Positions 37,521-46,606 of a stretch of 64,000 nucleotides of DNA are shown here, piece after piece. Each line of letters opens with the position of its first letter. The first letter of the stretch is position 1. The translations under genes were made by a program, and so were the position numbers. The notes beneath the pieces were generated by a model, which did not search any database, was not told the DNA's origin, and worked only from the letters and a program-made list of their open reading frames with translations. The stretch comes from a virus (Duplodnaviria > Caudoviricetes), in IMG/VR virus record IMGVR_UViG_3300028833_003520; one strand, written 5' to 3'.

Positions 37521-38390
37521 TTAGGCTTTATCCCAAAGGATGTTTCCGTCCTTATCTTCAATCTTGTTAACGTAACACGCTACACATTCACCAAGTTCGC
37601 CGATACCGATATCTTCGGCAAGGCTATTGCCTTTTTCTTCAGCAGACTCGATGTCGTTTGCTTTAACCATAATATCGGTTCTTGTATCAATGCGAACAGT
37701 TGCGTAGTAGAGGTTACCGACAATATCCCACTCACGACACATATTCATTAACTTGTCGAGGATGACCAAGAGGTCGTCACCGAAGTTATTACCGACAAGA
37801 CCTTCGAGAATACGGATGCAGGAAACGAGGGCAGCCTCAATCTTATCTTCGGGATAGCACGTTTTCTTTGACCACGTATCGTTTTCGATAAGGTCGCTAA
37901 TAGGGCGTGAGATGGTGTCATAATCTTCGCCATAAATGATGGCTATGCCATCAGTTTCAATGGCTTCTTCACGGGTGAGACCAGTTGCGATAAGTTCAGT
38001 GATACGGTCTTCCTTATCACTATTGGTAAGTTCGATACCTTTTTCTTCACAATAGTCTTCAAGAATGTCGATTACTCTACCAATGAATTCAGGCTTATCA
38101 TTATCAGAGAGTTCGTAAGGCTCTTCTTCACGGTAGCAAATCCAAACACCCATATAATCGCAATCGTCTGCGTGAACAGAAGTAACTTTGACATCATAAT
38201 AAGCGGAAAGAGCGTTATTCACTTTTTCGTCTGTGATGTCTATGTTATCGTCTTCGTGTGTGTAGGAAATACCGTCAAGAGCGTATTCAACAGAAACTTT
38301 TCCATTGAAAATAGTGTTAATAAGCCTTGTGTATTCGTCGGAGAGGAGAAAAATGCAGGATTTCTTCTTTGAATCTTCAATGTTTCTCAT
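37521..38390 (-). CDS. Hypothetical protein (acidic, multi-module)
   Basis: 289 aa ORF with SD. Confidence 0.8.
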   Translation of the reverse strand: MRNIEDSKKKSCIFLLSDEYTRLINTIFNGKVSVEYALDGISYTHEDDNIDITDEKVNNALSAYYDVKVTSVHADDCDYMGVWICYREEEPYELSDNDKPEFIGRVIDILEDYCEEKGIELTNSDKEDRITELIATGLTREEAIETDGIAIIYGEDYDTISRPISDLIENDTWSKKTCYPEDKIEAALVSCIRILEGLVGNNFGDDLLVILDKLMNMCREWDIVGNLYYATVRIDTRTDIMVKANDIESAEEKGNSLAEDIGIGELGECVACYVNKIEDKDGNILWDKA

Positions 38391-38393
38391 AAT

Positions 38394-38615
38394 TTATCCT
38401 TTCGTGGGTGAATCGGGGTGAAGCGTGACCGTTTCGATAGGCTTAAGAGTCTTTGGGTCACACAGTGTGAGTTTGACAGGCTTGCCTGCAAACTTGGAAA
38501 CGTCAATGAGTTCGTTTTCTTCGAAACGCATTTGGAACTCTGCGAACTCTTCGTCATTAAGTTCGTACTGACGCTTATTCTTGCCTTTGCCTGTGGTTAA
38601 AATATGCTTTGCCAT
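38394..38615 (-). CDS. Hypothetical protein
   Basis: SD AAAGGAG. Confidence 0.7.
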   Translation of the reverse strand: MAKHILTTGKGKNKRQYELNDEEFAEFQMRFEENELIDVSKFAGKPVKLTLCDPKTLKPIETVTLHPDSPTKG

Positions 38616-38630
38616 ATTTATTCTCCTTTA

Positions 38631-39014
38631 TCAAATGTCGCAAAGTGCAGCAGACTTGGTGAGATAGACTTTTTGTGCTTCGCTAATAAGTTGGGTAAGG
38701 TTTACCGTACACTCGCATTTGCAAAGACCTGTTTTCTCGTCTATCTCAAGCGTTGTTTCATCAGGCGTGAGGTAATCAGGAATGAGATATAAGCGATTAT
38801 TCATAATCGTTGCATACATTTCACGAATGTCACCAAATGTTTTACAGCCTAATGAAAGACAGGTCGTAATGAATTCTTCGCTTTTATCGAATGCCGCACT
38901 GATGTGTAGGCGATAGTCAATCCATCCGTCACAACCCTTAATGAGTCTCTCTTTGAGAGTCATTTCGGGTGTGATTTCAGGATTATTTGTGTAGTAGTGA
39001 AGTTTGATGTTCAT
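38631..39014 (-). CDS. Hypothetical protein
   Basis: TAA-CT-ATG coupling with the upstream gene. Confidence 0.7.
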   Translation of the reverse strand: MNIKLHYYTNNPEITPEMTLKERLIKGCDGWIDYRLHISAAFDKSEEFITTCLSLGCKTFGDIREMYATIMNNRLYLIPDYLTPDETTLEIDEKTGLCKCECTVNLTQLISEAQKVYLTKSAALCDI

Positions 39015-39016
39015 AG

Positions 39017-39466
39017 TTATGTACCCGTTGCGTAATCTGACTGTTCGGCTAACTTGTTGATAAGACACTGAATAGCAAGGTCTGTGAGAGCATCAATGTC
39101 GAGTGTAAAGTCAACATCAAGTGCAATAGTTTCAGGGTCATCAACGATTTCCTTTGATACGCAGGCATTGCCTTTCTTGTACTTGATGCAAGAAAGCATT
39201 TCTTCTTCAGAAATGTCATCTATGCATTCGATGATTTTCTCTTTGTCAAGTTCTGCGTAGGTGATGCCACAGCGTTCGGGTTTTCTTTCGGCAATGCTCT
39301 GCCATTTCTGGAAAGCCGTCTCGAATTCTTTGCTATCTTCAAGATTGAGCCAAGAGCCGATATCGTCAGTATTTTCGACTATCTGTTCTGCAATAGCAGA
39401 CTTGATATTGTGAACAGTTTCGTTGTCCTCAACTCCGAGGTAGATTGTGAAATCTTTGATTTCCAT
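39017..39466 (-). CDS. Hypothetical protein (acidic)
   Basis: Start after AAGGAG. Confidence 0.75.
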   Translation of the reverse strand: MEIKDFTIYLGVEDNETVHNIKSAIAEQIVENTDDIGSWLNLEDSKEFETAFQKWQSIAERKPERCGITYAELDKEKIIECIDDISEEEMLSCIKYKKGNACVSKEIVDDPETIALDVDFTLDIDALTDLAIQCLINKLAEQSDYATGT

Positions 39467-39476
39467 AGGTTTCTCC

Positions 39477-39833
39477 TTATTTGCTGTAAACGATGGGTTT
39501 GTCTTGGAACGGGAATTCGTCCCAACGAGAAGGGTCGTTTTCAATGGTATTGATAAGTACATCGTACTTTTCGTGATACTCCTTGACTTTGAGGTCTGCA
39601 TCTTCTTTGGTAAGGTCGTCTTCGACCAAGAACCAAAACTTTGTAGATACACCTTCGTGCAAATCTTTTGCGGTAGGATGAATATTCATCCAAGTAGGAT
39701 AACGCTTGAAGATGGAGTAATAGACCATAAAACGACATTCAATACGAAATGTACCATCCATATTATCAACGACACCAAAATTGGTGCCGTCGAGAGATGT
39801 GTATTTCTTTTGACCGAGTTGTGTGTATTCCAT
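39477..39833 (-). CDS. Hypothetical protein
   Basis: Start after AGGAG. Confidence 0.75.
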   Translation of the reverse strand: MEYTQLGQKKYTSLDGTNFGVVDNMDGTFRIECRFMVYYSIFKRYPTWMNIHPTAKDLHEGVSTKFWFLVEDDLTKEDADLKVKEYHEKYDVLINTIENDPSRWDEFPFQDKPIVYSK

Positions 39834-39843
39834 AGGTTTTCTC

Positions 39844-40149
39844 CTATACTTTTCTTTTGACAGGGAAGAAGGTAGTAAGGGTGTTTTCGGGTTTTGCAAC
39901 ATAATTGATATGATATTCATTATAGTTGCCGTAGCCGATAACTGTACCATCTTCCTGAACTTCAAGAGAGTCAAGTGTTGTGGAACCCCCGTCCCAGTTG
40001 TCTTTATCGTTTTTCTTATCTTCTTTGATAAGTTCGATAATGCGTTTCTTGACATCTACTGGCGGAAGATAGGAAGCAAACTTTTCGATGTAAATTGTGT
40101 TGCTTTCAGAACTGCAAGCAGCAATTACATAGGTGTTGGGAAGAGCCAT
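39844..40149 (-). CDS. Hypothetical protein
   Basis: SD AAAGGAG. Confidence 0.75.
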   Translation of the reverse strand: MALPNTYVIAACSSESNTIYIEKFASYLPPVDVKKRIIELIKEDKKNDKDNWDGGSTTLDSLEVQEDGTVIGYGNYNEYHINYVAKPENTLTTFFPVKRKV

Positions 40150-40161
40150 AGTTTTTCTCCT

Positions 40162-40563
40162 TTAATACTGATAAAGAACAAAGCGAATGGTTTTGTTATC
40201 CTTGAATGACTTGATAAAAGTGTTAAGGTTATCAAGGTAATTGGACACATCTGTGTTTTCGCATAATTCCTTTGTTCTTTTGTAAAGTTCTTCGGGGTCT
40301 GGGGCATAGCGTAAACGCCTGCCCATTTTGTCTTCGATAATTTCCTGATACGAATCCCCGTCGATGTTTTCATCATATTCTCTGTAATTGAGAACGAAAT
40401 CCGTGTCTTGCGAGAAGCATTCTTCAAAGGCACGAGTGTACTCGTCGGAACCTAAGGCTCTTACGTCAAGTATAGCGATGGTTCGAGAGGCGAAGAGGAG
40501 AGGATGAGTATCAGATTTGAAATTGTAAGGAAAGACAACGTGAATCTCGGTTTCAACTGCCAT
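40162..40563 (-). CDS. Hypothetical protein
   Basis: SD AAGGAG. Confidence 0.75.
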   Translation of the reverse strand: MAVETEIHVVFPYNFKSDTHPLLFASRTIAILDVRALGSDEYTRAFEECFSQDTDFVLNYREYDENIDGDSYQEIIEDKMGRRLRYAPDPEELYKRTKELCENTDVSNYLDNLNTFIKSFKDNKTIRFVLYQY

Positions 40564-40584
40564 AAATTTTCTCCTTATATGGAA

Positions 40585-40710
40585 TTACCCCAACATCTGT
40601 GATAACAGAGTGCTGAGGTAATCCTTTATAAAATAGATTGTGACACCAATTAGTCCGATTCCTGCCGCTATCAAGGTGCTTTTAATTTCGGTAAGAACTT
40701 TTTCTTTCAT
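40585..40710 (-). CDS. 41-aa single-TM peptide (not in ORF track)
   Basis: MKEKVLTEIKSTLIAAGIGLIGVTIYFIKDYLSTLLSQMLG; SD AAGGAG. Confidence 0.6.
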   Translation of the reverse strand: MKEKVLTEIKSTLIAAGIGLIGVTIYFIKDYLSTLLSQMLG

Positions 40711-40715
40711 AGAAA

Positions 40716-40865
40716 TCACGCTCCTTTTGCTTCTGTGTTTTCAGTAGAACTATCTGCTTTAGAAGATAGGTCGGTCTGAATATGGCAAGCGTTGTCCATT
40801 CTATCGAAATCAAAGCGATAGTGGTCACATCCGTTGCAGTTGACTTTGGTGCAAAGACAGCCCAT
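40716..40865 (-). CDS. 49-aa Cys-rich peptide (not in ORF track)
   Basis: MGCLCTKVNCNGCDHYRFDFDRMDNACH...; SD GGGAG. Confidence 0.6.
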   Translation of the reverse strand: MGCLCTKVNCNGCDHYRFDFDRMDNACHIQTDLSSKADSSTENTEAKGA

Positions 40866-40880
40866 ATTTGTTCTCCCTTC

Positions 40881-41330
40881 TTAATCTTTGTTACACTGAT
40901 TGATGAAGTCGAGCATTGAACCAAAAATCTGTTCAGGCGTTTCACCTTCACAGTCAGTACAATCGGAGACAGGAATACAGTCTTCATCATCTCGATAGAA
41001 GAAGATTTCGAACCAGTTATTCTCATCTACATACGCTCGTTCATCATTAGAAAGGGAACCGTTTTTAATGATTTCCTTGAGTGTTTCGGGGAATTCAGAA
41101 GGATAGCGATACCAATCGCCATCTTCAGCAGGACCGCTTTCGTTGAACAGAATCTTGACTTCTCCCTGTACTTCAATCACGGCATAGCCGTTAGGAGTGT
41201 AGAGAGCAGCAATTTCAGTGCCACTGTCAAGTTGCAATGAATCAACGATGTTTGTCATATCAATATCATTATTGAGACAGAAAATAGTAGAGTTAGTCTC
41301 TTTGGCTAACTGAAAGTATTCATTAGGCAT
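40881..41330 (-). CDS. Hypothetical protein (acidic)
   Basis: SD AAGGAG. Confidence 0.75.
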   Translation of the reverse strand: MPNEYFQLAKETNSTIFCLNNDIDMTNIVDSLQLDSGTEIAALYTPNGYAVIEVQGEVKILFNESGPAEDGDWYRYPSEFPETLKEIIKNGSLSNDERAYVDENNWFEIFFYRDDEDCIPVSDCTDCEGETPEQIFGSMLDFINQCNKD

Positions 41331-41341
41331 TGTTGTTCTCC

Positions 41342-42016
41342 TTAGGTGGTTAGGTCAATGGTGAACTGCTTTGGGTCGATAATTGTAAATACTTGAGTGG
41401 CGTTTGCGAGATATTCGATGATAATATCAATCTTGCCTCTCCAAGATATTTCGCTCCAATGCTTTGAATAACCATTGTTTACGATGGGTTCAGGGAAAAC
41501 ACTATTCAAATCAGCATCCAGTTTAATCTCTTTAACAGTAGCAATTATATTGTTAATGCTCTGTGCGTCGAGTGGTGATAAGATGAATACTGTGTATTCT
41601 TCAGGTGTTGCTGAATCGTTAGGTGTTGCCTGGAAGGAAAGACCGTAGAACTCATCGTCGGAATGCATATCTAAACCAGCGTTTTCGATAGACTGCTTTA
41701 AGGTGTGCATATTGTTGTAGAGTTCAATAGCCTCGTCATCTTCATCAAGTTCAGCAGGAGTAGGGGTTTCATCACCGATGACTTTATCGAGAAGATTGTA
41801 AATCTTTCCGATGTACTTTTTATCGTCTGCGTGACTACTATAACAGAAAGATTTGACACAGAATCCGTATGTGTCAGAGAGATAGTCGCAAACTGCGTCA
41901 TCATCTCTTTCGTTTAATGTGTCAATGCAGACTTCTGTAGGAAGATGGGGATAACCGTCTTCAGACTGGCTATCTTCGGGGTCGAAATCCCAGACGATAT
42001 TAGTAACTCGTATCAT
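41342..42016 (-). CDS. Two-domain hypothetical protein; C-half paralogous to 55586/56015
   Basis: N-domain NIVWD...DYLSDTYGFCV. C-domain VKEIK...WSEISWRGKIDIIIEYL. Confidence 0.8.
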   Translation of the reverse strand: MIRVTNIVWDFDPEDSQSEDGYPHLPTEVCIDTLNERDDDAVCDYLSDTYGFCVKSFCYSSHADDKKYIGKIYNLLDKVIGDETPTPAELDEDDEAIELYNNMHTLKQSIENAGLDMHSDDEFYGLSFQATPNDSATPEEYTVFILSPLDAQSINNIIATVKEIKLDADLNSVFPEPIVNNGYSKHWSEISWRGKIDIIIEYLANATQVFTIIDPKQFTIDLTT

Positions 42017-42027
42017 AGTGTTTCTCC

Positions 42028-42228
42028 TTAAACATATTTTGCAGCGAGTTTGTATAACTGCTCAAGAAATCTCATTGAATCTTCTTTGTCAGACTGTTCG
42101 GCGTGTTCGTCGAGTAATACTCCTATGTAGCCTGTGAACGCTTCGGGTTCATACCTCATACGGAGTGCGTCAAAGAAGTCAATGTTTGGTTTTTTGGTCG
42201 ATTTATTCGACAGGGTGTTCGTAGCCAT
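42028..42228 (-). CDS. Hypothetical protein
   Basis: SD GAGGTG. Confidence 0.7.
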   Translation of the reverse strand: MATNTLSNKSTKKPNIDFFDALRMRYEPEAFTGYIGVLLDEHAEQSDKEDSMRFLEQLYKLAAKYV

Positions 42229-42239
42229 TATATCACCTC

Positions 42240-42830
42240 TTATTCATATAGCGAATTAAAAATATTCTCGGCAGTATCTTTGTCGGAGATAAGGTTTGCG
42301 ATATTTGCTCTAATCCACGATGGCATATCGAAGTTTGCTTTGCCATTATGAGTGACAATATCAACGAATCCTCCGACAGAAGTGTTGCCTGAGTAACTTA
42401 CTTCAGTCCAGATAAAGGCTTCATTATCAGGGATGATTTTGATGAGTTCATCAATAAATCTATCCCAATCCCAAGGGTCTTCGCTTGTATCGTCTTCGTT
42501 TTCGTAACGATTGTAGATAATATTACCGTCTGCGTCGTAAATCTGTTCGTATTTATCAACTTCGAGAATGTCGATAATATTATTGTTTTCATCGTAAAGA
42601 AGAGCCTCAGGGTGTGCATCACAATATGATGTGAAACTATCAGACATAGATGCAGGAGCGTACCATTTGAGAGTATCTTCAGCCGATATCTTGTAGCGAG
42701 GATTGTTGCTATTAGAGTCAGGTTCGATACTGACACTTTCGGCAACTAATCCGCTTATCAACTGGTCGAAACGCTCTTTATCTGTGATGTGAAAGTAGTT
42801 ACTTGTTCCTGTCGTAACAGTGTAAGACAT
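42240..42830 (-). CDS. Hypothetical protein (acidic)
   Basis: SD AAAGGAG. Confidence 0.8.
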   Translation of the reverse strand: MSYTVTTGTSNYFHITDKERFDQLISGLVAESVSIEPDSNSNNPRYKISAEDTLKWYAPASMSDSFTSYCDAHPEALLYDENNNIIDILEVDKYEQIYDADGNIIYNRYENEDDTSEDPWDWDRFIDELIKIIPDNEAFIWTEVSYSGNTSVGGFVDIVTHNGKANFDMPSWIRANIANLISDKDTAENIFNSLYE

Positions 42831-42833
42831 AGG

Positions 42834-43187
42834 TTATTCTCCTTTATCTTCTTCAAGGTATTCCATCCAAAGTGTTTCAGAACCAACTTCGGTGACATAA
42901 ATGTCTTTGACATTGTTATCCCACCAGTCGAGGTTGATGAATGTGGATGCAGTACCGATAAGCGTAAGTGTAGGACCGAGTTCAGGATTATCAAAATCAA
43001 TGTCTGTTGGTGTGAATGTGCCGAGATTTTCATCATAGATGGAAAGGTCGCCCAAGTTCATTGATTCTTTTACATTGATGTATTCTGCAACGAAGCCCTT
43101 TGCTTTTTCAGTAGGAAGTGTGAGTTCGTAATCAAAGCCACCGTCGTTAACGACCTTGATTACTTCCGAATAAGCAGTACAGTTCAT
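42834..43187 (-). CDS. Hypothetical protein (acidic)
   Basis: Coupled ORF. Confidence 0.75.
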   Translation of the reverse strand: MNCTAYSEVIKVVNDGGFDYELTLPTEKAKGFVAEYINVKESMNLGDLSIYDENLGTFTPTDIDFDNPELGPTLTLIGTASTFINLDWWDNNVKDIYVTEVGSETLWMEYLEEDKGE

Positions 43188-43417
43188 TATGTTTCTCCTT
43201 TTTCTTTCTTAAGAATATTAGTGAGCATTTCAATCGTTATCTTGCTACAAGTACCGTCAGGGTACTGTATGCCAAAAGATGTTGAGTTTACGAAGACAAG
43301 TTTAGCATTCTGCTTTTTGGCGTATGCCTGAGCAATTTGTCTCCATTCAGGCATCTGTTCTTCTGACATAGCGAGCACTTTTCTCATTTTGAGATTAGGG
43401 TCGTTAGGGAATAACAT
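43187..43417 (-). CDS. Hypothetical protein
   Basis: Coupled ORF. Confidence 0.7.
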   Translation of the reverse strand: MLFPNDPNLKMRKVLAMSEEQMPEWRQIAQAYAKKQNAKLVFVNSTSFGIQYPDGTCSKITIEMLTNILKKEKGET

Positions 43418-43419
43418 AT

Positions 43420-43602
43420 TTAATCCTCCTGAGAAGTGATAATAGTGGTGAACCTATCGAAGTCGTTCTCTTTGACAGCAGATAATTCTGCAAAAGAGAT
43501 GCCGAGATAATTCATAATGTATGTATCATTCTCGCCGTGTTCTTCAAGATAGCAGATTGCATTAGCAAGGTAAGTGAAAAGTTTCTTTGCAACAGTGTCC
43601 AT
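43420..43602 (-). CDS. Hypothetical protein
   Basis: SD AAAGGAG. Confidence 0.7.
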   Translation of the reverse strand: MDTVAKKLFTYLANAICYLEEHGENDTYIMNYLGISFAELSAVKENDFDRFTTIITSQED

Positions 43603-43615
43603 ATTAGTTCTCCTT

Positions 43616-44197
43616 TCAGATTTCTTCGGGCATAGGGTCAGGAGTGATTTTCTGGTCTCCGTGAACCCAGTTGTCTTTATGGCTCTGCTTGATAAAATCT
43701 TCCAAGATGCCTGTACAACTACTTGCAGTTACATCAATTCTACGCTGTGCGTCATTGTTGTATGTAATGTAGATGTATTCTCCGCCAGGTTCGTCCCGAT
43801 ATGTCATATCTGTTACATCAGCGTAAGCCCTTGTGTTCTGTGAAAGGAGAATGAATAACTTCTTGGTAAAGAGAGCCTTATTTTCTTCAATGTACTTTTT
43901 GTTGCCTTTCTTGAAGGCTTCTTTGTCGAATGATAATTCGACACGATATGCAGCGATACCCTGATTACTTGATTCAACAGAATCGAAAGTCTTGCTTTCG
44001 ACTGTAAAGTAAGTCTTTAAGACTTCATCATCAACATCTTCAATGTCGTCGCCTGAAATATCGTGGCAGTTTTCAAGGAAGTTAGAAACGGCTTCATTAC
44101 CTTGATTCCAACTGTCGAAAATTTGGTCGATAATATCTTTCTTTGTAAGATTATCGCCATAGACGATATCGTCAAATGTAGGTTTGTTCTGTGCCAT
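43616..44197 (-). CDS. Hypothetical protein (acidic)
   Basis: SD GAGGAG. Confidence 0.8.
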   Translation of the reverse strand: MAQNKPTFDDIVYGDNLTKKDIIDQIFDSWNQGNEAVSNFLENCHDISGDDIEDVDDEVLKTYFTVESKTFDSVESSNQGIAAYRVELSFDKEAFKKGNKKYIEENKALFTKKLFILLSQNTRAYADVTDMTYRDEPGGEYIYITYNNDAQRRIDVTASSCTGILEDFIKQSHKDNWVHGDQKITPDPMPEEI

Positions 44198-44227
44198 AAT
44201 TTTTACTCCTCGTATAGATGTATTTTT

Positions 44228-44470
44228 TTACCAACTAATGTCATAACGCTGTGCGTTTTCTAAATTGGTGAAATAACGAGATATTTGAGTCTCGTTAATG
44301 GTATGATAACCATTGTCTTTTGTTCGAATTACGATACCAGTTTTAGTTTCGTTAACGCAAACAAGAGTTGGTTTTTCTTTGGGATAATATTTCTTGAAAT
44401 TTGCAAGAGCATTATCCACTGAAAAATCTACAAGATTTTGCAAGGTTTCCTGCAATGTCTGGTTTGGCAT
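44228..44470 (-). CDS. Hypothetical protein
   Basis: SD AAGGAG. Confidence 0.7.
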   Translation of the reverse strand: MPNQTLQETLQNLVDFSVDNALANFKKYYPKEKPTLVCVNETKTGIVIRTKDNGYHTINETQISRYFTNLENAQRYDISW

Positions 44471-44495
44471 TTTTCTACTCCTTGTTTAAGTGTGC

Positions 44496-44927
44496 TTAAT
44501 GATAGCAAATAGTGATTTGAATATCTTTGTCTTTGAAAACGGTAAGAATGATTGTCTTTACTTGTTCCCAAGAAAGACGGTCGAGTCCTGAAGCAATACA
44601 CGGCATACAGAGTTTACTACCGTCAGGGATTTGATTCTTCATATCTGTAAGGGCTTGTCTGACAGTAGTATAGGTTGGTTTCATATTATATGATTGCTTG
44701 GTAACAAGGTTAAAGCAACCCTTAAACGATGGTATTGAAGTGTAAAGGGCGTAGCCTTTGCCGTTCCATTGATGGATATAGTTCAATTGGAGTTCATTCT
44801 TGACTCCACGCTTGGTGAATTCCTTTGCGATACCTGCACCCATTGCAAAGTCGGAACTTATACAATGAGCGAGATAGGCATCAGAATCGGACTGAAATAA
44901 GTCCATATTTGTTTCTCTTAATATCAT
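44496..44927 (-). CDS. Macrodomain ADP-ribosylhydrolase (TARG1/DarG-like clade)
   Basis: DLF, LAHCISSDFAMGAGIAKEF, NLVTK, MPCIASGLDRLSW. Confidence 0.85.
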   Translation of the reverse strand: MILRETNMDLFQSDSDAYLAHCISSDFAMGAGIAKEFTKRGVKNELQLNYIHQWNGKGYALYTSIPSFKGCFNLVTKQSYNMKPTYTTVRQALTDMKNQIPDGSKLCMPCIASGLDRLSWEQVKTIILTVFKDKDIQITICYH

Positions 44928-44987
44928 ACAATTTACCTCAACTTATGAATCGTCAAGTATAATACACAAAGTCGTGCAGACTTTTGA

Positions 44988-45650
44988 TTATACATCGGGG
45001 ATTTGCCAATCTATCGGTGGTAAATTGTGGGAAACTAAAAAGTCATTACATTTCTTGAAATGACCACAACCCTCAAAGCCTCGATAAACAGAGAGGGGAG
45101 AGGGGTGAGAGGTCTCAAGAACGAGATGATTAGGGTTCGTTAGTAATGGCTTTTTTCTTCGAGCAGGTGCTCCCCATAGCATATAGACTATGGGGCGATT
45201 CTGCTGATTCACAATAGACAGAATTGCGTCTGTGTATTGTTCCCAACCGTGACCACTATGAGAGTTCGCTTTATGTGCTTGCACAGTGAGAACTGAATTT
45301 AGGAGTAAAACTCCTTGTTTTGCCCAATGTGATAAGTCACCATTGTTGGGAATCGGATATCCATACTCGGACTGCAATTCTTTGTAGATGTTCTGTAAAG
45401 AAGGTGGAATTGTGACACCGACATTTACAGAAAATGCTAAACCCATTGCTTCGTTAGGCTCGTGATAAGGGTCTTGACCTAATATGACGCATCTAACATT
45501 ATCCAAAGGCGTGAGGTTCGTAGCATTCATAATCTTATCCTTTGGGGGATATATTGTTTTGCTGTCATATTCGTGCATAACGAAGTCGAATAAGTCTTTG
45601 TAGTAAGGTTGGCTATGTTCATAGCGAAGTGCTTCTTCCCAATTACTCAT
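44988..45650 (-). CDS. ung: Family 1 uracil-DNA glycosylase
   Basis: VILGQDPYH, GLAFS, GVLLLN, LWG, HPSPLS. Confidence 0.96.
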   Translation of the reverse strand: MSNWEEALRYEHSQPYYKDLFDFVMHEYDSKTIYPPKDKIMNATNLTPLDNVRCVILGQDPYHEPNEAMGLAFSVNVGVTIPPSLQNIYKELQSEYGYPIPNNGDLSHWAKQGVLLLNSVLTVQAHKANSHSGHGWEQYTDAILSIVNQQNRPIVYMLWGAPARRKKPLLTNPNHLVLETSHPSPLSVYRGFEGCGHFKKCNDFLVSHNLPPIDWQIPDV

Positions 45651-45667
45651 AGACGGTCATTCCTTTC

Positions 45668-45949
45668 TTATATGATGAATAAATCAACATAACTGTTGCG
45701 ATAGACTTTTTCGGAGCCATCTTTGAAGTGAAGAACGAGGTATTCGTGATTCTCATCAATGATTCCTGTTTTCTCGATGGCTCTGGCTTCGTCGCCGCCT
45801 TCGATAATATCCCAAGATTTGAGATTTTCGATACGGCATTCTTTAGGTTCTTTGTGAGGTTCGTACTTTGATGTTTTGAACATCTGCAAAAGGACCTTGG
45901 CTTTGTTAAGGTCAGGATGCATTAAAGTACGATTGTAACTTCTTTTCAT
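45668..45949 (-). CDS. Hypothetical protein
   Basis: SD AAAGGAG. Confidence 0.75.
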   Translation of the reverse strand: MKRSYNRTLMHPDLNKAKVLLQMFKTSKYEPHKEPKECRIENLKSWDIIEGGDEARAIEKTGIIDENHEYLVLHFKDGSEKVYRNSYVDLFII

Positions 45950-45973
45950 AGATAAACTCCTTTGAAAGTTGTG

Positions 45974-46594
45974 TTATGTGTTAAGAGAGTCACGCTTTGC
46001 TTTGTTATAACGGCTCCAATTGCCATTGACAAGTTTGTCGTAGATTGTAATCCAATCTTTGTTTTTGAAGGCAATGTCGGTGCTGCCTGTTTGGTCGATG
46101 AGTTCAATGTATCTTTGAAATGTATCAATCTCATTATCAGATAAAGAGAGTGTTGGCATACAGTTATAACGAGGTGTTGAGTAGTGAGTGCATTCTGTTT
46201 TAGAATTGGTTTTCTTACCGCACACGCTGTTGTGTTCACAGTCATCACATAATGATGGACGTATAAATTTTACACCGCATACAGGGCAATTCTGAACGCA
46301 TAATTCAGGATGAAGAGCGTCTGTACTAATAATAAATGTGTTGGTGCATTTTGAACAGAAGAATTCGCTTGCGTATTCAACAAAAATGACTGACTCTTTA
46401 TAAGATTTGTCCTTGTAAGCGTGTCCACATTGGCTACAGTAAAGTGTGTCGTATGTATCAGGTGTAATATCTAATACGGTTTCTTTGTGGCAGTGAGAAC
46501 AATTGTATCTATAACCGCTATTAAGTAATGCGTCAGGGTTATTCATAATAACTTTGACAGGCGGTTCTTTAGAGGTGGTGATTTTTCTTATCAT
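45974..46594 (-). CDS. Multi-Zn-ribbon protein
   Basis: Five CxxC pairs plus extra Cys. Confidence 0.75.
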   Translation of the reverse strand: MIRKITTSKEPPVKVIMNNPDALLNSGYRYNCSHCHKETVLDITPDTYDTLYCSQCGHAYKDKSYKESVIFVEYASEFFCSKCTNTFIISTDALHPELCVQNCPVCGVKFIRPSLCDDCEHNSVCGKKTNSKTECTHYSTPRYNCMPTLSLSDNEIDTFQRYIELIDQTGSTDIAFKNKDWITIYDKLVNGNWSRYNKAKRDSLNT

Positions 46595-46606
46595 AATATG
46601 GCTCCA

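Noticed and set aside
44932-44963. Similarity TTTACCT..TTATG..TCAAGTATAA to the minus strand near 16050-16078
   Set aside because: Spacing and orientation relative to genes differ, and the sequence is AT-rich, so chance cannot be excluded.
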